Below the pieces are notes generated by a model. That model had not been told where the DNA came from and ran no database searches. It saw only the letters and a program-made list of their open reading frames with translations. Both the position numbers and the translations under genes were made by a program. A DNA stretch of 64,000 nucleotides, taken from the NCBI RefSeq assembly GCF_964204645.1, contig NC_134027.1, forward strand, positions 5,426,485-5,490,484. Reading direction: 5' to 3'. This document shows, piece by piece, positions 14,234-27,000 of the stretch (position 1 is the first letter of the stretch; each line of letters opens with the position of its first letter). The DNA is from Tubulanus polymorphus. Taxonomy: Eukaryota; Animalia; Nemertea.

Positions 14234-15158
14234 AATGCTGAAATTTTAATAGAATAGCAGGTGGGTGCGCAATGGGAAATCAGATGGAAAACTGGTCATA
14301 TATGAATTGAATTCTGGCCAATCACCGAACAGTAAGACTCAGATTACGTTTTGACTTTTCCTCGAAGCGAATTCTGCCTACCACGAAGAGGCACAAAGAT
14401 AGTACGGTAGTCTTAAAGGTCTGACTTGTTACACTATTCACCTAGGTCCTGGAGAGTTCTATTGAAGTTCAAGTGAATAATGATCGACAGTCCGCGGTGA
14501 ATTAAGTCTTCGTTGATTTATTTTCACAAGAATTAAACGATTAACAGCAATAAGAATCACTTGTGCATCGCATAAGAAGGGTCTCTCATATAGGGAGCTT
14601 TTTGAGCCTGTGCTGAGAGGAACAATCATTCTTTTAAAAGGTTTATGTAAATAAAGAACCCAAGTGTCCATTCAGTCATTTAATCTCAGCAAACATAAAA
14701 CCAAAAGAAATATTCACAGGTGTGAGGAATATAATATATATATGATATTTGAAATAGTTCTAATATTTAATTGCCTTTTAAGACTTTCAGCGTGATAACA
14801 AAAGATCTAATTTACTGACCAGGTGCTATGTTGTCATTGATAATACGGGACCGGTGATAGCAATGAGTATTATGTACCAATCTCAAAACACCCAATGGGA
14901 AATATCTTAATAATCACGAACTGAGTAAAATAAGTCGACTATATTGAAATTCATAACGCATGAAATATCATAAAGAGAATAGATTTTTCTATAAGAGTTA
15001 CTCCTAAAGATAAGCCTAAGTGATATTTCATTGTAAAAGGCTAATGCTAACCTCGAGTAAAAAAAAACAAGCAAAACAACTTACTTATTTTTCCTTTCCC
15101 GATGGGCACCTTAAATGCCAGCAAGCCTACTAAATACATGTAATGTAGTCGAGAACTT

Positions 15159-15448
15159 ACGGAAGCCCCTAGGTGACATATGAATTTTTAAGAAATTTTA
15201 ATTCTTAATAAGTCGAATTTCGAGATAATAAGTCGAATTTCGTGTTAATTAAGTCGAATTTCGACTTAATAAGTCGAAATTCGACATGAAAATAAAACTC
15301 GAAATTCGACTTAATTAACACGAAATTCGACTTATTATCTCGAAATTCGACTTAATAAGTCGAATTTCGACATAATAAGTCGAATTTCGACATAAGTCGA
15401 ATCTCGTGTTAATTAAGTCGAATTTCGACTTAATAAGTCGAAATTCGT
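15159..15448. repeat. Palindromic minisatellite of AAGTCGAATTTCG units in both orientations
   Basis: About a dozen ~19-21-bp units. 15204-15264 and 15298-15358 form a ~60-bp inverted repeat. Probably the end of a non-autonomous DNA transposon (inference). Confidence 0.8.
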
Positions 15449-15697
15449 AAGAACTGGATATTTGTATAGCCTATAAAACGTATAGCCTTAGATAATGGTT
15501 TTATGCATATATCAATTTTTTAGATTTATTATGCATATATCATATTGTAGGTCAGAGTCATGAAGTTGTGTGTAACTGGTGGGAAAAGGTATAGTGTGGC
15601 TTTTAGGCTTTAAATTATCCGTTGAATACTTTTAAAAGTGCCGATTTTGACACACAATGACCTTCTTAATTCTGCTTGTGCCGTGAGAGGGAACACG

Positions 15698-15853
15698 TAC
15701 ACTCGCTTAATTCGCATGGGTTTTATTCAGATTTTCACTTATTTCGGACTACAATTCCAGTCCACACTAGTTTATTTCCACTCGGACGAGAGCGCATAAT
15801 TCGGGCAAACGTTTCCAGTCCCAGGTGATCCGAATTAAGCGAGTTCTAGTGTA
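15698..15853. mobile_element. Short MITE remnant
   Basis: 14-bp inverted repeat ACTCGCTTAATTCG ... CGAATTAAGCGAGT, with TAC/GTA ends. Confidence 0.55.
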
Positions 15854-18800
15854 CAACCAAATATCAAGACAACCCATCGACAAAATGAACGCTAAAGGAT
15901 CTCTTAACAACGAAGTCCTAAATGGGCAAAAACCTTCGGGAAGATTTAAGATCAATTCGATGGTTCACTTGCAGCAATTTCCGTATCACGTACGATAGAA
16001 TAACGGGAAGCTGAAAGCTTTATATCCACATTAACAAAATAACACAAACTTCAAATATACATGTATAAATTCAAAACTTTATTTGTCTTGTAAACACTTT
16101 TAAGGTTTTTTCCTGCTACGTACAACACATTTCATAATGGTTCGTCAAGGACAAAAATACATACATAACCGATTTCATTATATTCAAACGGTTCACGAGT
16201 AGAAAAGTTGTATTTCAATCGCGCTGTAATAATTAATTCAAGAATCCAAAATACTACTTAATACCCATGAACGCTATACATACATTACACGATATGAAGG
16301 GAATTCCAGGAGTTTTGATTCATAAAGCATAAATAATTGGAAGTAATTCAAATCAAATGCACTCATATTTATCCATAACCCACCTTGACCTCATGTCAAA
16401 TTTCCAAAGTTTTCAAATTGCGAACTTATTGAAGTGGGACGATACAACCAAACTACCTCAAAATACTAGATGAAATCAGCGTGAATACGGTAAGTATTAC
16501 AGACCAATCACATTGTATTCATTATTCATTGTTTATTCGAACAAAATGGAAAAAAGGGTTTCGTCAATTTTACGGCATATTAAAACATCAATATATGGGG
16601 AATTATGTTTTTGAAGACAGTGCGCCTTAATTTCCCTGAGCCCTCATAGCCATATAAAAAACACCGAAAAAATACTAGTAGTAATTAGGGGCTAGTTGTG
16701 CAGTCAAGACTCACATATTTTAGATAATGGCTGTGAAACTGGGCCTCGGTATAACTCGGACCAGGCAAGCCTTTAGCCTAGAATTCGTTGTTACCTTTCC
16801 CCTGACTTGGCATTCTTCATTTGTTCCTAACGATAACACGTACTGATGATATATGTATATACAGATTACATTAGCATTTAAACAATATTATTAATAAGTA
16901 CACAAACAACAATGACCACAACGATTTCCATAAATGAATGTACATGTACATGTATTAATTGTTGTCATCACACAAATACAATTTCGCGCACTAACAGTCT
17001 CTGATAACGGTGAGACCATCGACTCCATTTTAGCCAGTTTAGGAGTCCGTTTTAGAGTCCATGGCAAGACTGAGTCTGGGTCCGAAAACAATCATACGTA
17101 TCATTACACAAAGCCAGAGAGGCATTAACGGTCACAATGGCTTCAAAAAGAATCGAAACAGGAAACAGATTTTCTAACTCGCGCCTATAAATATACAACA
17201 GTTCAGACACTGAATGCATAACTAAATTGTTTTTTTAACAAATAATGATTAAATCAGGCCCTCAGAAGCAAGTTGTCATTTAGAGCATGGTCTTTTAAGC
17301 GAAACACATTAGAATTTGTAGTTTTTTTCTCATAAATCAAGTGATACAAAAAATCATAACGCAGGTGACTGTAAAAATCCTTGACAACAATATTGCCACC
17401 ATCTTCCAAAACCCTCAATATGAGAGTTTCTGCTGGTGTCAGCATTTTTACAGTTTAGAGCCTTCTATTACACGTATCGCCCCAATCGATATGAATGTTT
17501 TAAGTTAGATAAAAACAAATTAGATAGACCTACATCTCTGCTTTTGATGAGGCTATAGAAATGAATATTTCCAAAAGCCCTTGATTGGTAGTGATCCCAA
17601 TTTTACCTGGTCCCGGCAAGATTACAAAATGAGACCAAAAGTCATACATTCATAAACCATTAAAAACTTTAAAAATCAAAAATTATTTGTAATTTTCTGA
17701 GGTACTTACAATAAAAACTGAACCCCGTGAAGCTTAGTGATGATATTTCAGCTCTTCAAGAAGGGGTTAGTTTAAACTCGAAATCATAGGCATCGGAATA
17801 GGGGCAGATTTAAAAAAAACAGGGTTTACCAAATCCAGTTAAGTCAGAGGCTAGGGATGTTTCTGTTCTAACAGAAAAATTCATAATAGCATTTAATGGC
17901 AACAATATTACATATTCGTATGCAGTAATATTCAGATTAAATTTGACATATTTCTCAATATGGTAATTATGTAGCTTGATTTTCAAAATATTCACCAAGC
18001 ACCGAGAACGTACTCACTGGTAGTCTGTCACAGTATTGGTTGGTAGTTACAAAAACATTCATTTACAGAAACATCTTTGGACATGAGGTGAAAATTATTA
18101 GATATTTTTGGACTTTATTCTGACCTCAAAGAGAATCAATTTTGATTAAAATTTTGACGATTTTATTTCGAGATATCATGTCAGAATTCCAAAAATGTTT
18201 TTTTATCTCATGTCCCCAGGACGCTTCTGTAGCTTACAACTGTTACAAAATAATATACAGCAAAGTTGTTCATCTATCGAGACCGTCCTTATATAAATGG
18301 ACATCGCTCAGAGGTTATATCTGAGAACCACATTATCAAAATTTTTTGGGGCCCTTCAGTTCCAACAACTAAATCAAAAACAAACCCTCCCACATTCCTT
18401 ATGCATCAGGCCTAAAATCTTGAACATATAAAAGCTGTTACTTGTTTTTAACTAAGCAATAGCAGAATGTAGGGATATACAAGTGTAATTTGATAAAATA
18501 TTGCATGTTGATTCCTTATCTAAAATGTGTTCACACGCCTGTTAGTTGGAGTATATTCCACAAATCCATGATAGATGAAAGTTAAAAACTGGGGCGAAAT
18601 TTCGAGAATTTCTCAACTCAGTGGATATGGACATATATTCATCAAACAATAGCCTGTGATGTGAACTATGGACGATTCTACAAAACACATCCATTAGGAT
18701 TCATGTAGGGTTCTTGTACACCTTAATTATTACATGTCTTAATAAATAGCTAGCTAAAGAGTTAAATAATATTTACATACACTATACATATACACATTAA

Positions 18801-19166
18801 TATCAATTCCAAGATTCCTATATTAGTAATGAAGATAAAACGATTTATAGCCACACATTTCATAGCTCACATTGTTAAACATGATTGAACTTCATGAACT
18901 ATCTATTCTAATTTGAATAAATGGTTGAAGTATAAATGATTCTGTAGGGTTGAAGTTAACACTGGGAAGTGCGATTTAAGTCCTGAGTATACATTACATT
19001 TAATTCCCGGTACATAAGTCAATATGATATGTGAAAATACATGTATTTCCTTCATACTCACAGTTTACCTTTAGATCTTCAATATCAACTTCAAAAATGC
19101 TTATAACCGTATCAGCAAAAGCATTTAGTATCAATAATCATTTTAAATGATGTACACGACTAGTTA

Positions 19167-22100
19167 CTACTGACATTGGTCAAGTAATGCTTTATTTGAA
19201 CGCACTGCAAAAATGCGCCCCTCTGCAGTTCGAATGTATACACCTTTTTGAGTTTTAATCACCATAATCTGTTGTCCAGCTGGGATTCTAGATGGAGTCC
19301 CGCTGTCTGTACTCGTGTTTGTACCAGGCATAACAATGTCAGTGGTCGTTACGACTTGGTGAACGGACACACCAGAGTTCTGTAATTGCTGCGATGCGAG
19401 GAATGGAGGACGAACTTTCTGATGCGGCTGCATTGGAATCGGAGTCGGTAATGTTGGATGTAAAAGAGGTGCATCATATGGTCTACGGTTTGCTATCATA
19501 GGATTCGGTCTCATTGTAGCAGAATGTCCCGCTGCAGTAGGATAATAGGCCGCGTACGATGGCCTCTGGTATGTTAAATTGCGTTTCTTTTCACGCTCAT
19601 ATCTTTGCCGAGCTAAACGTTTCTCAGCTTTGGTCAGTTTACATTCTTTCTGATCGAGCAGTAACGATTCATGGTTAAACGGAGCTTTCGTTAACCATCC
19701 TATCACCGAAAATAGAACGCGAGATAGTACTTCATCTTCAATGACGGGCAAATCAGCTAGATCAACTGAAGGCATGTCTTTGTCTTCGTATTCAAGTAAC
19801 GAATCAACCTGACGACGACTGAAGTTATTATTTGGATTCATTTCGTCGACAACGCGGTCGGCGACAGTTTGCTTCGAAACCTGACGCTGATATATTTTAT
19901 TCTCCAGCGTATTATCGGTGACAAGACGATAAATGTGGCACGGTTTCGTTTGTCCGTAACGATAAATTCTACACACAGCCTGAGCGTCATGACACGGATT
20001 CCACGACGCATCCATAATAATAACCCGATTAGCACCGATCAAATTTATACCGAGGCAGCCCGCCTTCGTAGACAGTAAGAATAAATGCAAGTCAGTACTT
20101 TCTGGATTATTAAACATATTAATCAGTTTTTCTCTATCAATTCCCGATGTGCTACCATCTAATCGAAAGTAATGTTTGTTCCTGACCCAGTTCTCCACGC
20201 AACCCGGCACAGGTACACGAGTCTTTCCGAGGTATTCTTCGATTAAATTCAAAGTCATTAAACTTTGGCTGAATATAAGTAGTTTATCACCGAAGGCAAG
20301 AATTTCACGAATCATTTCGAACAAAATAACAAATTTTCCGCTATTTTGAAGATTTCCGGGAATATAGTCTTTCAACAGTTCTGTGGCCCAGTCGTAAGTT
20401 ATCACAGTATCTCGTTTACTATTGCTCTCATCCGGCAACATCTTTGAATCTGCTGCCTCCACAGCGAGATCAGTTGCATTCTTTGGCGTTTGTTTGTTTT
20501 TAGTTTTTGTTTGTTTCTTTGATTTTTTGCCCGCATCGTTGTCAGGATCACCGATATCGAGGTCATTTTCGACATCTGTTCCTTTTCGTTGGTTGAAGAA
20601 CTTATAGATAACATCGGGATGGTTCCAAATCTTGCAGCACACCGAGAATGCTTTCAGAGGATTCATTGAAGCCCAACTTTCCAATTCTAACGTTAAGATG
20701 TTCATGAATTCTTTGTACAACGCTCTTTGTATATCAGACATCCGGACTATAATCACACATTCGTGTTTTACAGGTAGGGTGTACTTTAATACGGCATGTC
20801 CGCGTCTCTGAACGAATCCTTCCAATAAACTGTGTAAAACATGAGCACGTTCCCGCATTACTTTCAAATCTTGCTGCGTGCTGTCTACGCATTGCGCATT
20901 CATTATCGGACGCTCGAACATATTACTAAATTCCAGCTTTGTTCCGAGAAAGTTTGGACGAACGAAATCAACCATGCACCAGTATTCGACTAAGTTATTT
21001 TGTAGCGGGTATCCAGTCAACACCACTCGACGTTTGGTGTGAATTTCTTTGAGAGCTTTTGATATTCCAGCTCCACTGTTCTTTATACGATGGCCTTCAT
21101 CGCAAATAACGAGATCGGGTCCAGGAGATAACAAGGCAACTTGCATATCAATAGCGAGCTCCTTATTTCGATCTTCTTCTTCGAGATCAATGACAATTGG
21201 ACCGGCATTTTTCTTTGGTTTACGAGGTTTCTGAGGTTTTCGTGTGGCTAAAAGTCTATACATTTCATAACCCATCAACAGTACACCACCTTGACGTTGC
21301 CATTTATCGACTACAACAGCCCTGGCTTCCATGTTTTTCTGATTATCATTGATGGTATGAAGTTCGAAGTTTCGAGGACGCACATCATTTGTTTGGTCAC
21401 CGGTTGCACTATTAGTTGGCAACCAAACATTAAATTCATGTATCCAGTTTTGCAGTGTATTTATGGGGACAATGCAGAGTACCGATTTTGCCGAGGTATG
21501 ACGCAGAAACACATCGATAAACGATATAACCTGAATTGTTTTTCCCAATCCCATACTATGCGCTAAAATGCAACCGAATCCGCGACTAGTCTTAAAACGA
21601 GATAACGACTCGACGAGATTGTCATATAAAAATCGAACGCCACCAATTTGATGAGGTTTCACCGCTCTCGATAATTGAGGCGGCAAGAATATATCCGGTT
21701 CATCTTCCGGATGACCAACATTGACTAACACTAAACCCGATTCATCAGGTCGGTTTTGCGTGTCATCCACATGTAGCCCACTATTCTCCGTATCATCGTT
21801 ATCATCATCTTCATCCTCAGCAACATCGCTCAGAGGAACAACATCTTCATCATCGCTTGAAATATTAATGACATCAGGCTTCTTTTCAAATTTATGATGT
21901 TTTATCTGTAAATCTTTGGGTTTAACATCTATTTCCTCATCTGAACTTTCAAGCAATGCCTTTAAACATTGATTGTTCATTAGTTTTTTCTGTTGCTCCT
22001 GCAGACGTTTCTTTCGCTCAATTTCTTCTTGCTGGGCAGTTTTCGTTTCTTCTTCTAAATCATTTTCCTTGATGATTTTTCTGATATTCCTTCTTTCAAA

Positions 22101-24020
22101 TTTATTTTTGCGACTCGTTTCATCGCTGTCTTTTTTCACTCTTTTCTTACGTTTTTCAGTTTTTGACTTTTTACCAGATTTTTCAGTATCTTGTTTACGT
22201 TTCCGTTTCTTTGTTTTTACCGGACTTGGCTTTTTTGAATCCGTCTTTGATACAGTTTCACTCAAAACAGAAGGAATGGTGGATGCATTTAGTTCATTTT
22301 CACTTTTGACTTTTACAGATTCTGTCAGATCTGAATCATCAGGATTGTAGGACTTATTACTAGCCACACTGTCAAAATCATCAGTACACTCAGTTTTAAT
22401 GGTAATTCCACTTTTGGAACCATCTTCACCCATTTCTTCATTATCTTTATTGCCACCATTCACCGAAGAAGTTTCATCTTCTTCATCAGCACTTGATTCT
22501 GAACTTCCAGAGCTTTCATCTTCACTGCCATCATCGCTGCTTTCTCCAGAAGATGACATTTCATGCTCTTTTCGCGATCGTTTTAGCAACCCAGATCCAT
22601 TAGTCGACACTGAACACCCTATAGATGATGGCGTTGTTCTACCGGATTCAGTTCCAGCTTGAGATTTGTCACTGGCCGCACTACAGTCATTAGATAAAGA
22701 CAATTGTGTATCAACTTCTTTTCCAATCAATGATGCTTCAGCAGATTTATTTTCAGTCGATTCTGCAATTTTTTCAGGATTCTTTTCATCGACAGTGTTT
22801 TTGGCACCCATAGGAACTTCAGTGGAATCACTGGCAACAGGAATTGATACAGTATTTTCTTTACCATGTTTTTCTATTTCAGATACAGCTACTGTTATGC
22901 TGTCTGTTGATGGTACGGTGCAAGCATTGGTAAATGATATAGGAGCTGATGTTGGAGTTGATATTTTATTAATTCCAGTTGATGCCGATGAGGTAATCAT
23001 GCTTTCCAATGATGTCGCCGGTGCTGTACTTTGATTTCCTGTCGACCAACTAGAGGTTTGATCAGATTTATAGTTGTTGGAAGTATTATTGCCCAATAAT
23101 GCATCAATCGCATGATTGAAGTCATTAGATGAGTTAATATTACTAACTTTACTCTGACTGGGCTGTTGTTGTGGATATGTTGGATAACCAAGAGGCCAAG
23201 CCGACAGTCTATCAGACAAGTTTTCCTTCGAAGTTTGATTTGATAGAGAACCATTTGATGACATCATATTATCAGTTCCCGTGAATCCCATTGTATTCAT
23301 TGGTGGTTGAATCTGTGGCATGGGGTAGCCCATCGACCAGAAGGAAGAGTCATTGGACATTGTGTCTTTTAAACCATTATTTGAGAAGGACATTCCATTA
23401 CTGGAGGTATTGCAGTTAAAGTTGTCTCTTCCCAAGAGTGACATCATCGAATGTTCGTTTTGGGAACTAGAACCGCTCATTGACCAAGCCGACGGCTGGT
23501 GGAACATATCGTTACTTTTAGCAGCAGTACCTGTCACCGACTGTCCCATATTTCCATAATAGTTACTCCTTCCAGTATATGGCAACATATTGGGGTCGTT
23601 CATAGCGGGTGGGCCACCATATGACCAAGGCATTGGATCGCCCAACTTTTCATTTTTAGATTTATCATTTACTAATGCATCAAAACTGTAGCTGTTATAA
23701 TTTCCATATGATGGCAATGCATAATTTTTCCCTTGATGTTGTGGTGTATTTGGCAGCTGGTTACTACTTGGAAAACCCATTGACCAGGGAGGCTGATTCC
23801 CCATATGAGATTTGGTATTACTGTAGGAAGTTCCACCTGGTTGACTGGTATCACCAAATGAAAACATGGCCAATTCTTGTCCCATCAACGACATATCCGA
23901 ATGACACATCGACGACCATGGTGGCAATCCTCTGGAAGATTTATTTTCGCTGGTCTGGTGGTTACTCGCGTTGTAGGGCATGGACAAACCACTGCTATTA
24001 TTGAAGTGCCAATTATCCAT
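19167..24020 (-). CDS. RAD54L2: SNF2-family helicase ARIP4 / RAD54-like 2; single coding exon, 1617 aa
   Basis: Motifs GCILAHSMGLGKT, ICDEGHRIKN, LTGYPLQNNL, FRLDGST, LLSTKAGCLGINLIGANRV and QAVCRIYRYGQ. ARIP4-type segments VLVNVGHPEDEPDIFL and TTTDIVMPG...GVYIRTAEGRIFAVR. A splice acceptor near 24061 suggests a 5'UTR intron. Confidence 0.95.
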   Translation of the reverse strand: MDNWHFNNSSGLSMPYNASNHQTSENKSSRGLPPWSSMCHSDMSLMGQELAMFSFGDTSQPGGTSYSNTKSHMGNQPPWSMGFPSSNQLPNTPQHQGKNYALPSYGNYNSYSFDALVNDKSKNEKLGDPMPWSYGGPPAMNDPNMLPYTGRSNYYGNMGQSVTGTAAKSNDMFHQPSAWSMSGSSSQNEHSMMSLLGRDNFNCNTSSNGMSFSNNGLKDTMSNDSSFWSMGYPMPQIQPPMNTMGFTGTDNMMSSNGSLSNQTSKENLSDRLSAWPLGYPTYPQQQPSQSKVSNINSSNDFNHAIDALLGNNTSNNYKSDQTSSWSTGNQSTAPATSLESMITSSASTGINKISTPTSAPISFTNACTVPSTDSITVAVSEIEKHGKENTVSIPVASDSTEVPMGAKNTVDEKNPEKIAESTENKSAEASLIGKEVDTQLSLSNDCSAASDKSQAGTESGRTTPSSIGCSVSTNGSGLLKRSRKEHEMSSSGESSDDGSEDESSGSSESSADEEDETSSVNGGNKDNEEMGEDGSKSGITIKTECTDDFDSVASNKSYNPDDSDLTESVKVKSENELNASTIPSVLSETVSKTDSKKPSPVKTKKRKRKQDTEKSGKKSKTEKRKKRVKKDSDETSRKNKFERRNIRKIIKENDLEEETKTAQQEEIERKKRLQEQQKKLMNNQCLKALLESSDEEIDVKPKDLQIKHHKFEKKPDVINISSDDEDVVPLSDVAEDEDDDNDDTENSGLHVDDTQNRPDESGLVLVNVGHPEDEPDIFLPPQLSRAVKPHQIGGVRFLYDNLVESLSRFKTSRGFGCILAHSMGLGKTIQVISFIDVFLRHTSAKSVLCIVPINTLQNWIHEFNVWLPTNSATGDQTNDVRPRNFELHTINDNQKNMEARAVVVDKWQRQGGVLLMGYEMYRLLATRKPQKPRKPKKNAGPIVIDLEEEDRNKELAIDMQVALLSPGPDLVICDEGHRIKNSGAGISKALKEIHTKRRVVLTGYPLQNNLVEYWCMVDFVRPNFLGTKLEFSNMFERPIMNAQCVDSTQQDLKVMRERAHVLHSLLEGFVQRRGHAVLKYTLPVKHECVIIVRMSDIQRALYKEFMNILTLELESWASMNPLKAFSVCCKIWNHPDVIYKFFNQRKGTDVENDLDIGDPDNDAGKKSKKQTKTKNKQTPKNATDLAVEAADSKMLPDESNSKRDTVITYDWATELLKDYIPGNLQNSGKFVILFEMIREILAFGDKLLIFSQSLMTLNLIEEYLGKTRVPVPGCVENWVRNKHYFRLDGSTSGIDREKLINMFNNPESTDLHLFLLSTKAGCLGINLIGANRVIIMDASWNPCHDAQAVCRIYRYGQTKPCHIYRLVTDNTLENKIYQRQVSKQTVADRVVDEMNPNNNFSRRQVDSLLEYEDKDMPSVDLADLPVIEDEVLSRVLFSVIGWLTKAPFNHESLLLDQKECKLTKAEKRLARQRYEREKKRNLTYQRPSYAAYYPTAAGHSATMRPNPMIANRRPYDAPLLHPTLPTPIPMQPHQKVRPPFLASQQLQNSGVSVHQVVTTTDIVMPGTNTSTDSGTPSRIPAGQQIMVIKTQKGVYIRTAEGRIFAVRSNKALLDQCQ

Positions 24021-27000
24021 TCTCGCTAATCATCTAGATGTTTTCAAGACTAATCTGATACCTGAAATTATAACGGACATGAATTTATTAGAAATGTCAA
24101 CACAACAATGCATTATATTTGATAGATATTGATTTGACTATACACACTACTTACTTTCATTTCATTACATTTTTATCCTCTTTAAAATGATGCTCTTCAA
24201 CGCAATGGTGGTAAATTTATGAATGGTTCTTTGCTCAAAATCAGAACTCTACAAAAAAAAAGTTTAAAGAATGATTAATGCACGACATACTGCTGAAGTT
24301 GAGGAAATGAGGTAATTAACTGATTACTGAAGAAATGAATACCATGGAAAGTACAGAAACTATAACATCACAGCGCAAACAACTAATGATAACCAAGTTC
24401 TCAATGAATATCCATGGTATAACGCACAACAATATGAACACTCCTTACATATAAGTCCCTCTTAATAAATATCATGTATCAAGTTACTAAGATATAGGCA
24501 TCTACTGGCCCGATTTTAAGCCACTCGAATCATGCATCCTACACATGGACTTGTCGCAATATGCCGATTTCATAGAAAATGGGGAGGTGTGCCATCTCTA
24601 GGATGAGTGTACATCTCTACAGTGGTTCTTAAAGAAAACTCCAGAACCTTACGTAGCCGATACATTTTATAATAGGTGTATGTAAGGATACATAAATGGT
24701 AGAGCTATTGTGATATTTGGATCCAAGTTGTAAGATAAGCATCTTCTACCCTAGTGATGCTGCCCTATTTCTAATGTGAAATAATACAGTAACCAGTTTA
24801 AGCCCTAAGGAAAACCCTACTAAATTGGTTGAATCAAATTAGAGAAGAATTGAATCGATTTAATTAATCAATCATGTCATCTTGTCCTTGTTAGGGAATC
24901 GTAACTGATCAGCATTAACATTACATGATACATAAGAGGTAATTCACAATATCAAACAAGTGACTTAATTATTAGAACACTTATTAGTCGCGTTGTTATG
25001 TAATGTGGGAACCAACAACGAAGACGGACGAAAGTCCGAAACACAGACTATAACAATCAGAGATCATTGCTCAAATTCACGAGATAATTCAACATTTCTG
25101 TCATACGAAAATAGTTTATCAGTCGGATTTGAAATTATTACCATTTAATCAGAAATCAGTTTGTGGGAATTGGTGCATATTGAGAATATATTGTAGATTT
25201 TCTTCTAGAATAATGCACAATTTCATTATCATAGAGTATCGTAAATTAGCGACCTCTATTCCCCTAATCGCTGGCTGCCGGCATCGGCATCCGACTCGGA
25301 CTGTCATGCGGACTTTCAATTCAATTCAATAGTCACTTTATTCATACCGTTTGCCGGTACTGCAAGCACGGCATCAGAATCACATACACATCGATTAAGT
25401 TGACAAATGTTTCACATGATAATGAGAAAAAAAGAACAGTTCTAAAATTGTGCCCGCGCAGTTAACCTGTCTTCAAGGCGTTCTACTTGAAGTAAGACAA
25501 CTAGTGGAGAATAGCAGGGCCGCTGAGCACTGAGTAGTCACACCGGCCGCAAGGTACGATTATTTTCATGACAATTGCACAGGTAACTCTATCTATTGAA
25601 ATATCAATAGATACAAGAAGTGACGTTTGCTTCTCTGATCTCTTTCACGTTTGCCGTCAGTTGCGTCATGACTCAACTGGATTCTTCGATATCATATGCG
25701 TCTCTAGTTTGATAGTTTTCATATTTTCGATCGAGTCAATGCTCAACTGTCATTTCAATTCAAATAGCGAAAAGATGAATGGCACGACGTGAGCTTTAAA
25801 TGCGCGCATGATTGTAAAGCGCCTCGAATTACCATGAAATATCTTAAATGTTGCAGATCAACTCTTGTCGATTTTTCAGTCAAACGAATTCGTGACGTAG
25901 CCTAATATCGAAGTTCATTCTGAAAGCCCCTTAAATAAGGCTGGAAAGTAGCATTTGATCTCCCATTGATGCAAATAATGCGCAAACATGTTTGCGGCAA
26001 TTTCTCGGAATTGTCTGGCTGTGAGTTCGCGTGTCTTCTAGAGGAATGACTAAATCTAGCTTGGTCAGTGACGTAGTGTCTCTTGCAAATGATATGTATG
26101 ACCACGGGGATATCTTCTCAAGTAGAAGTGATAGTCTATGATGAGAAATTATTGACTATGCTGACTCTGTTGACGGACTGTGAATATGAAAAACGGCACT
26201 GATTCAAAAAGAAATATCGATGCAAAATAACATGATTATATGCCATGAAGTGGGATTTATGAACGCCGGGTTTCAACATAAGATACACGGTGGCAAGTAG
26301 CAAATGTTACAGGAATTGGTAATTTGTTTGATATCGGTATAGCACGCGAATAATCCACGCCACCATGGCTCGGAGCATCTTTCCTAATAGAAAGGGCAAA
26401 TAGTATCATCCGTTCGGCACGAGGATGTTAGTTTGAAACCGAGATAACAACGGCAATTATCGTAACCCCAAGAATAGACTTAACCCGCGGAGGCTGTACA
26501 CATTCCCTAATTTTTAATGCATTTATCACCAGGATCATCATCATTATCATCATCAAATCAAAATTCATAATTAGAAATGTTTTTTAAGGTCTCTTAGCTG
26601 CTCAGCATTTCACCAGCCGTAAAGCAATTGGGCGTCGGAATATGAGGCATTTATATCAGCTGTTGAAAACATCTCAGAAAACGACATTAGTATCGGCACC
26701 ATTAAACAAGAAACACGATGCAACTTCCATGCGCTACTTATGCGTTATATCATAGCTACAGCGTGGATTAGAACTGATTTACAACCGTCTTCGTCAACTT
26801 CAAGTATTATGTCGCGAAGGTCGGAGCACTGCTTGTTTCTAATATTCGTGCGGTGATTGGAGGCTATATCGCAGCCTCTGTCGGTTGCTCCCGGAATATC
26901 TCCTCATCGAATACCATTTTTGCAACACGTAAGTACAGTGGAAGGCTCTATTCCATTTCTATATCTTCTCTGCTATTAGTGAAACAAAGTTATGTATCGA

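Noticed and set aside
16891-18324. Short ORFs downstream of RAD54L2
   Set aside because: No recognisable domain or consistent splice chain. Probably 3'UTR, intergenic DNA or decayed repeat.
19838-24004. Many antisense and alternate-frame ORFs within RAD54L2
   Set aside because: Shadow ORFs of a long coding sequence with biased composition.
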